Virus record (IMG/VR): IMGVR_UViG_3300010354_000081
Coordinates: 1,465 to 65,464 of that record
Source: a virus
Taxonomy: Duplodnaviria > Caudoviricetes
Direction: 5' to 3' (one strand)
DNA: 64,000 nucleotides
In this document: positions 28,657 to 38,877 of the stretch, piece after piece
Layout: every line of letters starts with the position of its first letter
Position numbering within the stretch: position 1 is the first letter of the stretch
Made by a program: the position numbers and the translations under genes
Notes under the pieces: model-generated
Databases searched by the model: none
Told to the model about the DNA's origin: nothing
Seen by the model: the letters and a program-made list of their open reading frames with translations, nothing else

Positions 28657-28873
28657 GTGGGATAAATTTCAGCCGGGCACCTCATTCTTCGTGCCTTGTT
28701 TGGATCGCAAACTTACTCAGCGATTTGTTGAGGCAGAAGCACGACGCCTGAAATTAAAAGTTGTCTGTAAACAAGTAGTGGAGAAGGGGAAGTATGGCTT
28801 ACGGGTTTGGAGAGTTGAGGATATAATGCCCTCGCACTCTTCTTCTCCGCCACTCTCTCTGGAGAAGAATTAA
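28625..28873 (+). CDS. Small conserved protein after the primase
   Basis: W..F.PG.SFFVPC...GLRVWR; low-complexity tail overlaps the predicted sRNA. Confidence 0.7.
   Translation: MKILGLPLLIEWDKFQPGTSFFVPCLDRKLTQRFVEAEARRLKLKVVCKQVVEKGKYGLRVWRVEDIMPSHSSSPPLSLEKN
28799..28827 (+). promoter_or_regulatory. Putative promoter for the sRNA
   Basis: TTACGG-17bp-TATAAT; predicted +1 at G28834. Confidence 0.55.
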
Positions 28874-28899
28874 CCCCCGGCAAGTCCGGGGGTCTTTTT
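28834..28899 (+). ncRNA. Putative trans-acting antisense sRNA targeting AGGAGAGTGC ribosome-binding sites
   Basis: Promoter, 5' seed GCACTCTTCTT, 9-bp hairpin with CACTCTCT loop, terminator. Confidence 0.6.
28873..28899 (+). terminator. Rho-independent terminator at the convergence of the two arms
   Basis: ACCCCCGG-CAAGT-CCGGGGGT followed by CTTTTT. Confidence 0.85.
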
Positions 28900-31800
28900 A
28901 GTCCTCATCCTCATCCAACAAAGCCTCAATCTCTGGCATCAGGTTCTTATTGAACCGCACCCCATTGATCATATTCTTCTCGGCAGCTTCCCTAGCTCTT
29001 TCCGAACGTATCAAAGTATCGCGGGTAATCTTGGCTTTGGGGTCAATACGACGCTCATTGAACGCACTAATTTCTTCCCGTGCTTCGTCCATCAGATCGG
29101 AGTCTCCGGCACGGCGTGCCATGTCGTACTTGTTCAGCAGCTTTTTGCGCTTCTCCATGATCTCCCGCTCGAAGCCCTTCTTCATTGCAAGTTCTTCGTA
29201 GACGTTTGATAAGTGGGCAGGGGAGAAGCCGATGACTTGCATTAGGGAGTTGTATGTGGATATATCTTCTACAACAGGGTCTCCCTTAAGTGTCAACGCG
29301 CCTTCGTTTAAATATCGAAAACCTTTCATTGCGTTTCGTATGACGCTTGGCGTCATGGCCTCAATCCCACGCCAGACCTCACCTTCCGATACAAGCTTCG
29401 CGCCATTACCAACACCCACTGCAAACGACCCAGCAGGACCGAACGCTTGCTTCATGGCAGTCATCACGTAGCCATCTTCAGCAACGCCTCGTGGATCATC
29501 ACGGAAGATTAGGTCATTTGCCACGCCTACACGGTTAGCAATCTCCAAGTTGGTTGCGTAGTTAACAAGCCCTTTATAGAACAGCTCGTTCGTCCAGTTA
29601 CGCATCATCACGTCAAAGTCGTACGGCTCGTCATCGTCTCCTAGCAACGCGTTGATCATAGTCGCTAATGTAGACGTGGCCCCCATGAATGGAAGTCCTT
29701 TGATGCCAGCGAACGCCATCGCCATGCCGTAGATACCAATAAGCTGCCTAAAGGCTTCTTTGCGAACCGCTTGGCTTTCTCCTTTAGTTGCCTGATGGAA
29801 GGCACGGGCTACTACAAACGCGGTGTTCCACACAAAAGACTTGAACGTAAAGAAGATACGCCCTAACGGATGCTGCATGTAGCGCGGGGCAGTCGATGAC
29901 AGGCCGGAGGTGTTGATCTCTTTTACGGTATTTAAGGCGTAGCGGATCGCATCCTGCTCATTCATCCCGCTACCACGTGCCAGATCATATGCGGCGATAG
30001 CCGTAGCACCACGGTTTAAGACTTCAGTCTTACTAAACGGTATGGACACTACGTCCATGATCCGGGCTTTGATGCCAGTAAATTCAGAAGTTGTTTGGCG
30101 ACGCCCTTCCAACACTTCTCGTGCCATTGTGTGTTCTAGCTGCGCGTGGTCATTTAATACATCAAACAGCTTGGCATACTTGGCGGGTACTTTGTTGTTA
30201 AAAATGTAGTCGATTGTGGTTTTGGAAGCTGACGACAGTGCAAGGAAAGACTGATCAAACCCAAACTTGGCACCCAGAATCGACCACGAAAACATCGGTA
30301 ACGTAGTCAAGTTAATTAACGCTGACGATACGTTGCCTGCTATGTAACTGAGATAACTAATCGTTGTTGCCGCGCTGGTAAGTCCGTCATAGGTTGGGTT
30401 ATGGAAGAAGCCTGCCTGACTTACCACGTTTTGAGCAGCGGCGTATGCTCCAGCACCTTCTGGTTTTGTTGAAGCCTCGTTACCTTGGGTTGCAACCTCG
30501 CTCAAAGCACGGTCAATCTCAGGATTGTATTTACTGGACGCTAACTTACGTGCCCACTTGATCATCGTTTCGCCATACCCGCGCACGATGTCGCGCTCCA
30601 TGCCCCGAATATTGTCGGACTTCATGAAGTTCTTTGCCAAAGATTCAGCGGGGAACAACGCAAGATATGACTGATATATGTTGTCCTTGAGTGTCTGGCT
30701 GGCACCCTGCTTGTTCAACTCGCCCATCAACCCGACAATAAACGATGAGGAAGGCAGCGTACTCTGGTTAAAAGTGGCTTCGTTTAGGTTCCGATAAACT
30801 TTATGTGGTTTACCTTTGAGTTGCGTTTCGATAAACCTCTGCCGCTCACGTTGCGACTCAAACGCTTGTACTGCACGCTCGCCGTTTTCATCGTATTCAA
30901 CCCAGAAGTCGCCTCGGCGCAGGAACGGAATATAGCCAACCTGACGCTTACGCGCCTCATACTGGGCTTTTAATTTACGGCGAGCCGATGGGTCTTGAAC
31001 AGAGTTGATCAGGATGTCTTCGTACTCGTTAATAGCAGAGTCGTAAGCGCCACGAATGTCTTTATAAACTTGTTGTACTTCGGCAGGTAGCGCGTTGTAC
31101 ACATTCTTTAAACGGCGGTATTCGCTTTGTTGCGCAGGCGCTGGTTTAAATTTGGGATCGAGCAGGTCAACTTGTTCAAGTCGCGCATCAATCGCCATGT
31201 CATTCATACGCTGCATGGCCTGTGGGTTGCGTCTTTCTACACCCAAGAAGCGCTTGTAATTAGTGTTGATTACCTTGATGCGTTGTTCTTCCGTACCGTT
31301 GCGCAACTCCAAAGCATCTATAAGCTTTTGCAGGGACGGTAGTTCTTTGCGGTAGATAGTGTTGATGTTGTCTAAGCGCAGCAGACCCATTGCGATGGAC
31401 TGCGCGTCTCCCGGCACGTTCGACAAGTAGTTTTTGGTGCCCTCTACAGTCCTACCAGCGAGCGTAGGCATCGCCTGCCCGATACGACCAACTACACCAA
31501 ACCCTGTGTTTGCGCCGTTAGGAGTTCCCAAGAACAGCAGGTCTCCAACTGACGGGTCTACATCAGCCGAGATGTCCAGAGCATCACTAATTAACTTCAA
31601 ACCTTTATCGTATGCGTTGGTGCCTTTAGCAAATCCAAAGAACTCTGCCAGTGTCTGCATGAACCGCACAAACATGTTCTTGCTCTTGGGAGCCTTGATG
31701 GTCTTGAGCAGGGCTTGGAACTCAGGGTTACTTACCAGTTCAGCAGCAAACTCCTGCAAGTCTTGGGCACCGTACGCCGTACCCATCTGGTTTTGAATCT

Positions 31801-34800
31801 GCTCGAATAGGGCAGTTAACTGTTTGGTGACCGGCAGGTTAGGGTTGCGTAGCACATGGGATATGGCAGCGTGCATGAGTTCATGCAGCAGCGTGTGCTC
31901 GTTCATCCCCAACTCGGGGCTGATGGTTATGGTATTGGTACGTGGGTCAAAGGAACCAGCTTTTGGTGAATAAAGGATACGGCCTTCTTTCTGACCATAC
32001 GCCCCGCTATTAAATACAGACTTAATTTGAGCTGGATTAAAGGCTACTATTTCACTAATCTCATTGTCTCGATATTTAATAATTCCATCGTAGCCTTGAG
32101 CAGTGGCCCTACTCTTTACTTCGTTAGTTATATATCCTTTTTCGTCGTAAGCCTTTTCAACAATCCGCTCCGCCTTAGTACGGTCAACGCCAAGCCGTAC
32201 CAGTGCCTCTACCATCGGGTCTTTGGCAATTGATCCGTCAAGGACCAGCGGGTTTTTGATGGATGCGTACAGGGGCATGACGTTGCCATCGGCTTGATAC
32301 GGCTCAGCATATCCACTGGCGAACTCTGGGTTTGGTGTCACATAGATACCATTACCTAACGCCCCGCCTTCTTTACTGACTTTAAATTTATCGATGTCAG
32401 CATGCGTGCCGTGGTATACAACTAACGGATCGCCGTTCTCGTCAACAACCTTGCTATCACCAAACCAACGATAAAACGCATCGGGAAGCGCCATCGGGCC
32501 TTCTGGGTTGCCCACCACAATCTTAGTCTTGAGATTCAGACTCTTGATCTTGGACAAGATCATCCGCAGCGGCTTGCTGGTACTGGAGTTGCGTAGATGG
32601 TCGAGCAGGCCGTTGACGTTGCCGTCTTGTACAAGTTGTTTACCAGCGTCATTTAGTTCAGGCCCGCGATGCGCCGGTAAGAATAGTTTAGTACCTGTCT
32701 TCTCAAACAAGCGCTCGTTGAACTCATCAGCAAGTGCATCAAGTTCTGCTTCAGAAACAGGCGCACGACGAGGAGGTGCTTTTTTCTCAGCCTCGGTTTT
32801 TAGGTTGCGTACACGTTCCCTAGCGGTTTCTTCAAATTCTGAAACGGCTTCCCTATTGATGTTTGACAGTATCTGTTCTTTTTGGGCAGGCGTAGCTGTT
32901 TCAAACGCTTCAAGAAACGGAGCCATATCTGGCCCAGACTCCATGATGGCGTCGTTAATAACACCAAGTTCTTGCTGGTTGCGTGTGGCCTGCGCCCTTT
33001 CCGCAGGGGTAGCTGCCGGTGCATTTATTAAATCTTTTAGCCGAGCGTATTCATTTAGCAGGTTTGCCAGACGTAAGTAGTCATGCGCCGGTGTGCCACG
33101 GAAGTCCTCCGACGGCATTGTTTTAGGATTAATCCCTTCGGCAGAGGCAATCTGCCGCAACATGCCAGTTAGGATGTTGTTAGCACGCTCATCGTTTTGG
33201 GCTACGAAGTCGATCTGTTGCTGAACAGCCTTATCAACACCAGCTTCAGCTTTGGCTACATCTTGCGCTTCTCTAACACCTAGTGGACGCCCAGCAACCT
33301 CTTCTCCGACATCAACGTCTCCAGCAGCAAGTCCAGCCTCATCCAATCCTCCGCTGATAGGTTCTGTAACTTCTCCGGCACCTCGATCTCTGACTGCCTC
33401 TCTTCCATCAGTGATATCACTCGGAACGCCAAGCTCAGTTCTTCCGATGTCAAATTGTGCAGTTGGCTCACTTGGCACCTCCGTTGGGGCAACCTGAAAC
33501 TCAGGACGTTTCAAGAATTCTTCGATCTTGGCAGGAGCGCCCTCGGCTGGTTTGCCTGATGCGTAAGCCTCCAATACACGTTTAACTTCAGCAGCCTGTT
33601 CTGGATCAGATAAATCTTTACCAGCAAGCGGTCCATCTTCGCGCAGTATCTTTGCCGTACGACCAATCCCAAGTTGTTTGCCAAGCGCAGCAAGTCCGGT
33701 CTTGTCCGCGCTGATGATAGTTCCTTCTATACCAGAAGGAGTTGTTACTTTGGTGGGTTCGGCAACTGCTTCTTCAACTGCTGGTGCAGCCTCAACCGCC
33801 GGTGCGGGGGGCATGCCCGAGAACAAATCGCCCTGCCCAGTAGTTTTAATCTGTTCTTGAAGGTCGGCTTGTTGTTGCTGTGTAGCCGCGATTTCTTCAG
33901 GCGACAGCCCGGGCAGCGTAAGTTGCTTAGCACCCAAGAACTTCTTCAGATTATCCTGATACTGCTTTAGTTCAGTCGCTTCTTTCTTAGCTTGTTGGCG
34001 AGCAATGTTTACCGCACGCTTCTCATCAGCGGTTGCGGCTTTTTCGGCTTCTTTGGTTAGTTCACCTTCTGGCCCAAACATCTCCAGTTGCTTGCCACCC
34101 AACTTCTTTTTAGCACCTTCTTCAGCTTTCTTGGTAACTTCTTCTGGCTGGTATTGGGCTGTGTACACACCGGTTTCTAACCCCGGCAACTCCATCTGAG
34201 TTTTTTGCGCCTCAAGTTCAGCTATTTGCTGTTCTGCTTCAGTAACTTCACGGCGCAGACGAGCCGCATCTTCGACACGCCGTTCACGTTCAGCTTGTTC
34301 GGCTTGAACACGTAAGTCTTCCGCTCTTTCGCGTAGGCGTTGTACTGACCCACCTGCAACACCGAACCCACCACCAGCGATAGCACCACGCACGCTGGCT
34401 TCCATGATCCGATCCCACTCTTTGCTCTCAAATACTTGTGGGTTCTTAGCAACAAAGTTCTCTGCGGCGATACTGATAGCTTCTTGTGCGCCTTCGGTAA
34501 GACCTTCACCCGCAGTGCCTTTGATGAGGCCAGAAGTAACACTGCGTAGTAAACTACGATCCATGCCGGATTTCTCCAGCACTTTCTCTACGATGCCCAT
34601 CTTAAGTGGGCCAGTCATCTGCCGCGATAATTGCGCAGGGAGAACGGAATCTAAAGCAGCGGCACCAGCACCAAAGAGTAGCGACGTGCCGACATCCATC
34701 TCGCCGGTTTTCTCAAACACGTTTTGGAAAATCTCTGGAGCGTTCTGGGCGTACGACCCCAAAAACACACCCGCATCCGAACCAAGCTGCGCCTTAGCAG

Positions 34801-35377
34801 CAATCTGTGGGGCAGCACGTTTCATGCCCTCGGCGATAAAGGCAGTAGCAGCTTCGCCAACCAGACCACGTTCAGCAGCTTGGGTTGCAAGGGACTTACC
34901 TACTGTAGATAAAGCAGCACGCCCTGCAAAAATACCGCCCCCGACACCGGGGATAAGGGCTGTAGCGATGTTGGGGATTTGTTCGCCAATTACTTGAGCG
35001 CCAAATTGAAGTCCTTGATATATGGATTCAGGCTCTTTGTATGACTCGTAGATTGGGGGACGTGCCCTGAAAATCTCTTGCTGAGACTTAGCAGCTTCTT
35101 CCATTTGCTGCTTGGCGTAGTCTTCAAAACCAAAAGTCTTACCGAGCATGGCAGGGATAATGTCCCCACCAACTACGCCAAGTTGTTGCGCCCCACGAAC
35201 GGCAGACTCCCCTAACGTACCAAGGAGGCCGGGACCATATTCTTTACGTAAACGCCTGTTTTCGTCTTGCTCGTATAACTGACTGGCGGTTTGGAACAAC
35301 GCGTTCTTATCTGCGTTCTCTGGACCCTCAATCTGATACAACTTGCCGTTAGGAGCACGTACCTTATAGATAGGCAT
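28898..35377 (-). CDS. Large ejected/internal virion polyvalent protein with ADP-ribosyltransferase-like and zincin metallopeptidase domains
   Basis: 2159 aa; WFGDSKVVD..PLVVYHGT..GIYVT..GYDGII..EIVAF.P.QIKS (ART, ~31995-32480); HELMH at 31871-31885; last gene of the ejection cluster. Confidence 0.82.
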   Translation of the reverse strand: MPIYKVRAPNGKLYQIEGPENADKNALFQTASQLYEQDENRRLRKEYGPGLLGTLGESAVRGAQQLGVVGGDIIPAMLGKTFGFEDYAKQQMEEAAKSQQEIFRARPPIYESYKEPESIYQGLQFGAQVIGEQIPNIATALIPGVGGGIFAGRAALSTVGKSLATQAAERGLVGEAATAFIAEGMKRAAPQIAAKAQLGSDAGVFLGSYAQNAPEIFQNVFEKTGEMDVGTSLLFGAGAAALDSVLPAQLSRQMTGPLKMGIVEKVLEKSGMDRSLLRSVTSGLIKGTAGEGLTEGAQEAISIAAENFVAKNPQVFESKEWDRIMEASVRGAIAGGGFGVAGGSVQRLRERAEDLRVQAEQAERERRVEDAARLRREVTEAEQQIAELEAQKTQMELPGLETGVYTAQYQPEEVTKKAEEGAKKKLGGKQLEMFGPEGELTKEAEKAATADEKRAVNIARQQAKKEATELKQYQDNLKKFLGAKQLTLPGLSPEEIAATQQQQADLQEQIKTTGQGDLFSGMPPAPAVEAAPAVEEAVAEPTKVTTPSGIEGTIISADKTGLAALGKQLGIGRTAKILREDGPLAGKDLSDPEQAAEVKRVLEAYASGKPAEGAPAKIEEFLKRPEFQVAPTEVPSEPTAQFDIGRTELGVPSDITDGREAVRDRGAGEVTEPISGGLDEAGLAAGDVDVGEEVAGRPLGVREAQDVAKAEAGVDKAVQQQIDFVAQNDERANNILTGMLRQIASAEGINPKTMPSEDFRGTPAHDYLRLANLLNEYARLKDLINAPAATPAERAQATRNQQELGVINDAIMESGPDMAPFLEAFETATPAQKEQILSNINREAVSEFEETARERVRNLKTEAEKKAPPRRAPVSEAELDALADEFNERLFEKTGTKLFLPAHRGPELNDAGKQLVQDGNVNGLLDHLRNSSTSKPLRMILSKIKSLNLKTKIVVGNPEGPMALPDAFYRWFGDSKVVDENGDPLVVYHGTHADIDKFKVSKEGGALGNGIYVTPNPEFASGYAEPYQADGNVMPLYASIKNPLVLDGSIAKDPMVEALVRLGVDRTKAERIVEKAYDEKGYITNEVKSRATAQGYDGIIKYRDNEISEIVAFNPAQIKSVFNSGAYGQKEGRILYSPKAGSFDPRTNTITISPELGMNEHTLLHELMHAAISHVLRNPNLPVTKQLTALFEQIQNQMGTAYGAQDLQEFAAELVSNPEFQALLKTIKAPKSKNMFVRFMQTLAEFFGFAKGTNAYDKGLKLISDALDISADVDPSVGDLLFLGTPNGANTGFGVVGRIGQAMPTLAGRTVEGTKNYLSNVPGDAQSIAMGLLRLDNINTIYRKELPSLQKLIDALELRNGTEEQRIKVINTNYKRFLGVERRNPQAMQRMNDMAIDARLEQVDLLDPKFKPAPAQQSEYRRLKNVYNALPAEVQQVYKDIRGAYDSAINEYEDILINSVQDPSARRKLKAQYEARKRQVGYIPFLRRGDFWVEYDENGERAVQAFESQRERQRFIETQLKGKPHKVYRNLNEATFNQSTLPSSSFIVGLMGELNKQGASQTLKDNIYQSYLALFPAESLAKNFMKSDNIRGMERDIVRGYGETMIKWARKLASSKYNPEIDRALSEVATQGNEASTKPEGAGAYAAAQNVVSQAGFFHNPTYDGLTSAATTISYLSYIAGNVSSALINLTTLPMFSWSILGAKFGFDQSFLALSSASKTTIDYIFNNKVPAKYAKLFDVLNDHAQLEHTMAREVLEGRRQTTSEFTGIKARIMDVVSIPFSKTEVLNRGATAIAAYDLARGSGMNEQDAIRYALNTVKEINTSGLSSTAPRYMQHPLGRIFFTFKSFVWNTAFVVARAFHQATKGESQAVRKEAFRQLIGIYGMAMAFAGIKGLPFMGATSTLATMINALLGDDDEPYDFDVMMRNWTNELFYKGLVNYATNLEIANRVGVANDLIFRDDPRGVAEDGYVMTAMKQAFGPAGSFAVGVGNGAKLVSEGEVWRGIEAMTPSVIRNAMKGFRYLNEGALTLKGDPVVEDISTYNSLMQVIGFSPAHLSNVYEELAMKKGFEREIMEKRKKLLNKYDMARRAGDSDLMDEAREEISAFNERRIDPKAKITRDTLIRSERAREAAEKNMINGVRFNKNLMPEIEALLDEDED

Positions 35378-35390
35378 GACGTTCCTCTAA

Positions 35391-37058
35391 TCAATCTTCA
35401 AGGGAAAACCCAGCAAAAGGATTGCCTCCAGAAACGCCTAACTGCCGCTCTATGTATTGGTTAAGTCTATCTTCATAGGCTTTATTTACACGGGCATCAA
35501 AACTCGCATCTTCGCCGGGTCTAGGAGTTTTTGAAAGTTTTGCGGCTTTAGCCATATCCGCCCTGATTTGCCCTTCGTCCACATTCTTTATTGCTTCTTG
35601 GCGTATCCGGGCAAGTTGATACTGCGTAAGCCCCCCACGCCCTTCCCCACGAGCTTTTGCAGCAGCAAGATAAGCCGCATTACGATCCTTCGCAATTCTC
35701 TCCTGCGCACCAATCGTTTCTCTAGTCTTCCATACGTCAAAGGCAGCACTGTACTGTGTTTTCCACAAATCACGAGCAGCGCGTGTATCTTCTATGCCCG
35801 CACTCATTAGCGCGTTGGTGCCAAAATCATCACGCCTTTGGGCGGCGTCAGATGCTCTCATGAGTAGTTCATCCCGACGCTTGAGGTCATCACGATCTTC
35901 GGCACGACGTGCCTGTTCAATAAGCGCAAATTCTTTGGTACGTTCACGTTCAGCTTTACGCAGGTCTTTATAAGCTTCTTGGTAGTCAGCAGCACCTACC
36001 ATTGCGCCTTTACCAATGTTTTCCAACGCGTGCCGCGATGTGCCTGACATCATTGCCAAACCAGCTTTGAGCATAGCCATATATTTGGCTTGGTTTTTGT
36101 CAAGACCTGCCTGTATACCTTCGTCACGCAAGGCTTTTTCGTAACTTTCAAAAGCTTTACCTTGCAGGCGATCTTTTCCAAGATTCTCCATCAGACGTTT
36201 TTCTCGGTCTTCGCTTCTTGCCAAATAGCCCTTATCCCCTTCCATAAAGCCTTTTGTAATTTCTGTAGCAGTAGGGCCGGTGAGGGAAGGAGGTTTTGGA
36301 GGCTCTGAAATACGACTTGCAATTCCTCTATCACCAGTTGCACCTGATGGTGCTTTGGGTGCCGCACCAGTAGTCCCCTTATTAGCCGGTGGCGCTACCG
36401 CCGTTTCAGGAAGTTTAGCGTCAACTTTAGGAGCTTCTGGTTTAGCAGCGGCAGCCGCTTTTGCTTCATCTTGTCTACGAATTACATCGTAGTAAGGAGT
36501 CATGCTGGAAGAATCACCGCCGTAAAAAGCGCTAGGTATATAAGGTATTGGTACACCAAGAGCACGAAGTGGGCGAGTAATTACAGATTCAGCAGCGCCT
36601 GCAACGCCTCGAACGGGTAAGCTAAGTACATCCATACCCGCTGCTTTCATGCGGCGAAGTGTATCCATCATTTCTTCGCGGTCCATTTCTTCCTGCGTCT
36701 TAGGCACCAAACCTTGGTTCTGGAACCGCATGGGTTTCTCTACCTCGCCGCCCCCTTCAAACGCAACAATACCGCCGCCAGCCATATCCCGTGTAGGCGC
36801 TAAGTTACTAGGCAATTGGTCAATACCCGCAGCTTCAGCACGCTGCACGACACGATCCAGAATTGGGGGTTGAGATTTAGACTGCTGCGCTCCCCGTATC
36901 ATTGCGTAGGTACGCATGTGCTCCTGCATGTCCAGTTTTTCTTCAAGCAAAGGCGCCGCGATATACGCAGGAAGCGTTTTATTTTCCAAAGCTTCTTTAA
37001 GCTGCGCCACAGACATTTTTTCAGCCATAGCAATACGGCCTAATCCGGTTACGCTCAT
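35391..37058 (-). CDS. Putative DNA ejection/internal virion protein
   Basis: Helical Ala/Glu/Lys-rich 555 aa; MAGGGIVAF motif; gene position. Confidence 0.6.
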   Translation of the reverse strand: MSVTGLGRIAMAEKMSVAQLKEALENKTLPAYIAAPLLEEKLDMQEHMRTYAMIRGAQQSKSQPPILDRVVQRAEAAGIDQLPSNLAPTRDMAGGGIVAFEGGGEVEKPMRFQNQGLVPKTQEEMDREEMMDTLRRMKAAGMDVLSLPVRGVAGAAESVITRPLRALGVPIPYIPSAFYGGDSSSMTPYYDVIRRQDEAKAAAAAKPEAPKVDAKLPETAVAPPANKGTTGAAPKAPSGATGDRGIASRISEPPKPPSLTGPTATEITKGFMEGDKGYLARSEDREKRLMENLGKDRLQGKAFESYEKALRDEGIQAGLDKNQAKYMAMLKAGLAMMSGTSRHALENIGKGAMVGAADYQEAYKDLRKAERERTKEFALIEQARRAEDRDDLKRRDELLMRASDAAQRRDDFGTNALMSAGIEDTRAARDLWKTQYSAAFDVWKTRETIGAQERIAKDRNAAYLAAAKARGEGRGGLTQYQLARIRQEAIKNVDEGQIRADMAKAAKLSKTPRPGEDASFDARVNKAYEDRLNQYIERQLGVSGGNPFAGFSLED

Positions 37059-38449
37059 GCTTTCACCTTTTTCATGGTTTTGCGAATGAGAAGGTCATCA
37101 ATACCATCGTCATCCTTCGTCTCAATCTTGCCGCCTTTTTTCTTATTCATCATGCCATACATGGCAGCACCAGTTAAACCAAGACCACCGATCTGGGACA
37201 ACGCACTAGGCGCAGCCTGATATTGAGATACGGTAGTTGCAGGGGCTGCTTGACCACGTAGCAACGCGTTGTATGCAGCCAACTGTTGTGCTGGATATTG
37301 TTGCGCCAGAGCGTAGTTCTGAATGGATTGGTTGATGATGTCTTGCTCTGCGGCTCTTTGAGCTTGACCTTGTTGTGCTTGGAATCCCATACGTGCAAGA
37401 TCGGCTTCTTGTTGTTGTCTAGCGATATTCGCCATGTTTTGCGCAGATTGACCTGTTAAGCCATATCCTGCTTGTGCCCCCGCAACACCTTGTAGGCCCG
37501 CTTGTGCGCCTTGCATACCTTGCGCAGTACCAGCAAGTTGTTGCTGAACACCTTGGAGTGCTGTGCTAAGACCTGCTTGAGCGCCTTGGAGTCCTTGCAA
37601 ACCTGCCGTGGTGCCGAACTGCATGGACTGTATAGCTCTGTCATATGCAGACTGACGGCCTACATTCTCGATGTTTTGCAGTTGCGAATTCAAAGCACGC
37701 TGTGCTTCAGCCGCTTGGATAGCTTGTCGAGACCCACCATACGCACCGCTTCTAGCCGCTTGCGATTTAAGGTTCTGCATCTGGATGTCGTAATCACGGA
37801 TAGCAGCTTGCTTCTGCGTGTCGATTACGTTTTGCTGGTACGGCGACATGAAAGACTGAACAGTGCCGGGGGTAGTTGCCATACCCTCGTACCGACCACC
37901 CATACCAGCGGCCTGCATACCAAGGCCAGCACCCAGATTGCCGAACATACCGCCTCGACCTACAGCGAGTTGTTGCCCCAACTGACCTGCGCCAAACCCG
38001 GCCTGCCCGTAACCAAATCCTTTACTAGCGCTCTCAAGCCCACCTAGCCCAGCAATACCAGCAAGCTCGGAGCCATAACCAAAGCCAGCAGGCCGCTGCA
38101 TATTTGCGGACTCAGAAAATACTTGCTGTTGCATCGGACTAAAGCCAGCTACATAGTCTCTAGCATTGACGCTGTAGGGCACATACGGCTTGATGCCGGT
38201 GATATTAAAAGTACTAGCCCCACCATCGGTACCGGGAACTTCTTGGGTTTGGAAAAACTCTTTAGTTGCCCCGCCGAGCAATGCTTCTGTCTGTGGGCGC
38301 AGCCAGTCAGGAATGTTCTGCTGAGTCACCGTGCTAGTGGTATGCCCTCCGCCACCACCTCCGTAGATACGACCGCCCGGCTTGGCACGTGTTACCGAAT
38401 CCCCAAGCGGCTCACCAAAAGCTTCTAACTGGCGTCGTGAGTAGTTCAT
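37055..38449 (-). CDS. Putative DNA pilot/ejection protein (P22 gp7-like position)
   Basis: Leader then GGGGG; Gln/Gly/Ala-rich; MSPYQQNV and GAYGGSRQ motifs. Confidence 0.65.
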   Translation of the reverse strand: MNYSRRQLEAFGEPLGDSVTRAKPGGRIYGGGGGGHTTSTVTQQNIPDWLRPQTEALLGGATKEFFQTQEVPGTDGGASTFNITGIKPYVPYSVNARDYVAGFSPMQQQVFSESANMQRPAGFGYGSELAGIAGLGGLESASKGFGYGQAGFGAGQLGQQLAVGRGGMFGNLGAGLGMQAAGMGGRYEGMATTPGTVQSFMSPYQQNVIDTQKQAAIRDYDIQMQNLKSQAARSGAYGGSRQAIQAAEAQRALNSQLQNIENVGRQSAYDRAIQSMQFGTTAGLQGLQGAQAGLSTALQGVQQQLAGTAQGMQGAQAGLQGVAGAQAGYGLTGQSAQNMANIARQQQEADLARMGFQAQQGQAQRAAEQDIINQSIQNYALAQQYPAQQLAAYNALLRGQAAPATTVSQYQAAPSALSQIGGLGLTGAAMYGMMNKKKGGKIETKDDDGIDDLLIRKTMKKVKA

Positions 38450-38877
38450 ATTTTCACTTCCACTAAAGTAGTACGTGGCTCAAATCCGTACCGTTTCCAC
38501 AATCGAACTATGGCCTCACGACCATACCCTTGGATTTTTGTAGCCCCGCGTTGACGCAGAATTTCTTTTAGCTGCGCAAAAGTTTCTTTGTTAGAGATAA
38601 GCTTGCCGCCTATCAACGTAATAAAAGCGACCCGGTGCATTGGGTAGTTAGAGAAAGAAACTGTAGCCGCACCATGTATCTTTCCAGTCTCATCTGCTGC
38701 AACTAATAGCAGCCACTGCCCCGTGGTTAAGAATGACTGGATGTGATGGATGTTGTACCCCGGCTCCCAATCAACTTCCTCACCGCCTTTTGTTAATGCT
38801 TCCTGAAAGTACTCCTGCACCATAGGCCATACTTGGCTTATGTATTCCGTAGCGACTGACTGTACGCTTAAACTCAT
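38446..38877 (-). CDS. Acetyltransferase-like virion assembly protein (P22 gp14-like position)
   Basis: GNAT-like pattern ending G.GR..IVRLWKRYGF; precedes the pilot protein. Confidence 0.55.
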   Translation of the reverse strand: MSLSVQSVATEYISQVWPMVQEYFQEALTKGGEEVDWEPGYNIHHIQSFLTTGQWLLLVAADETGKIHGAATVSFSNYPMHRVAFITLIGGKLISNKETFAQLKEILRQRGATKIQGYGREAIVRLWKRYGFEPRTTLVEVKI

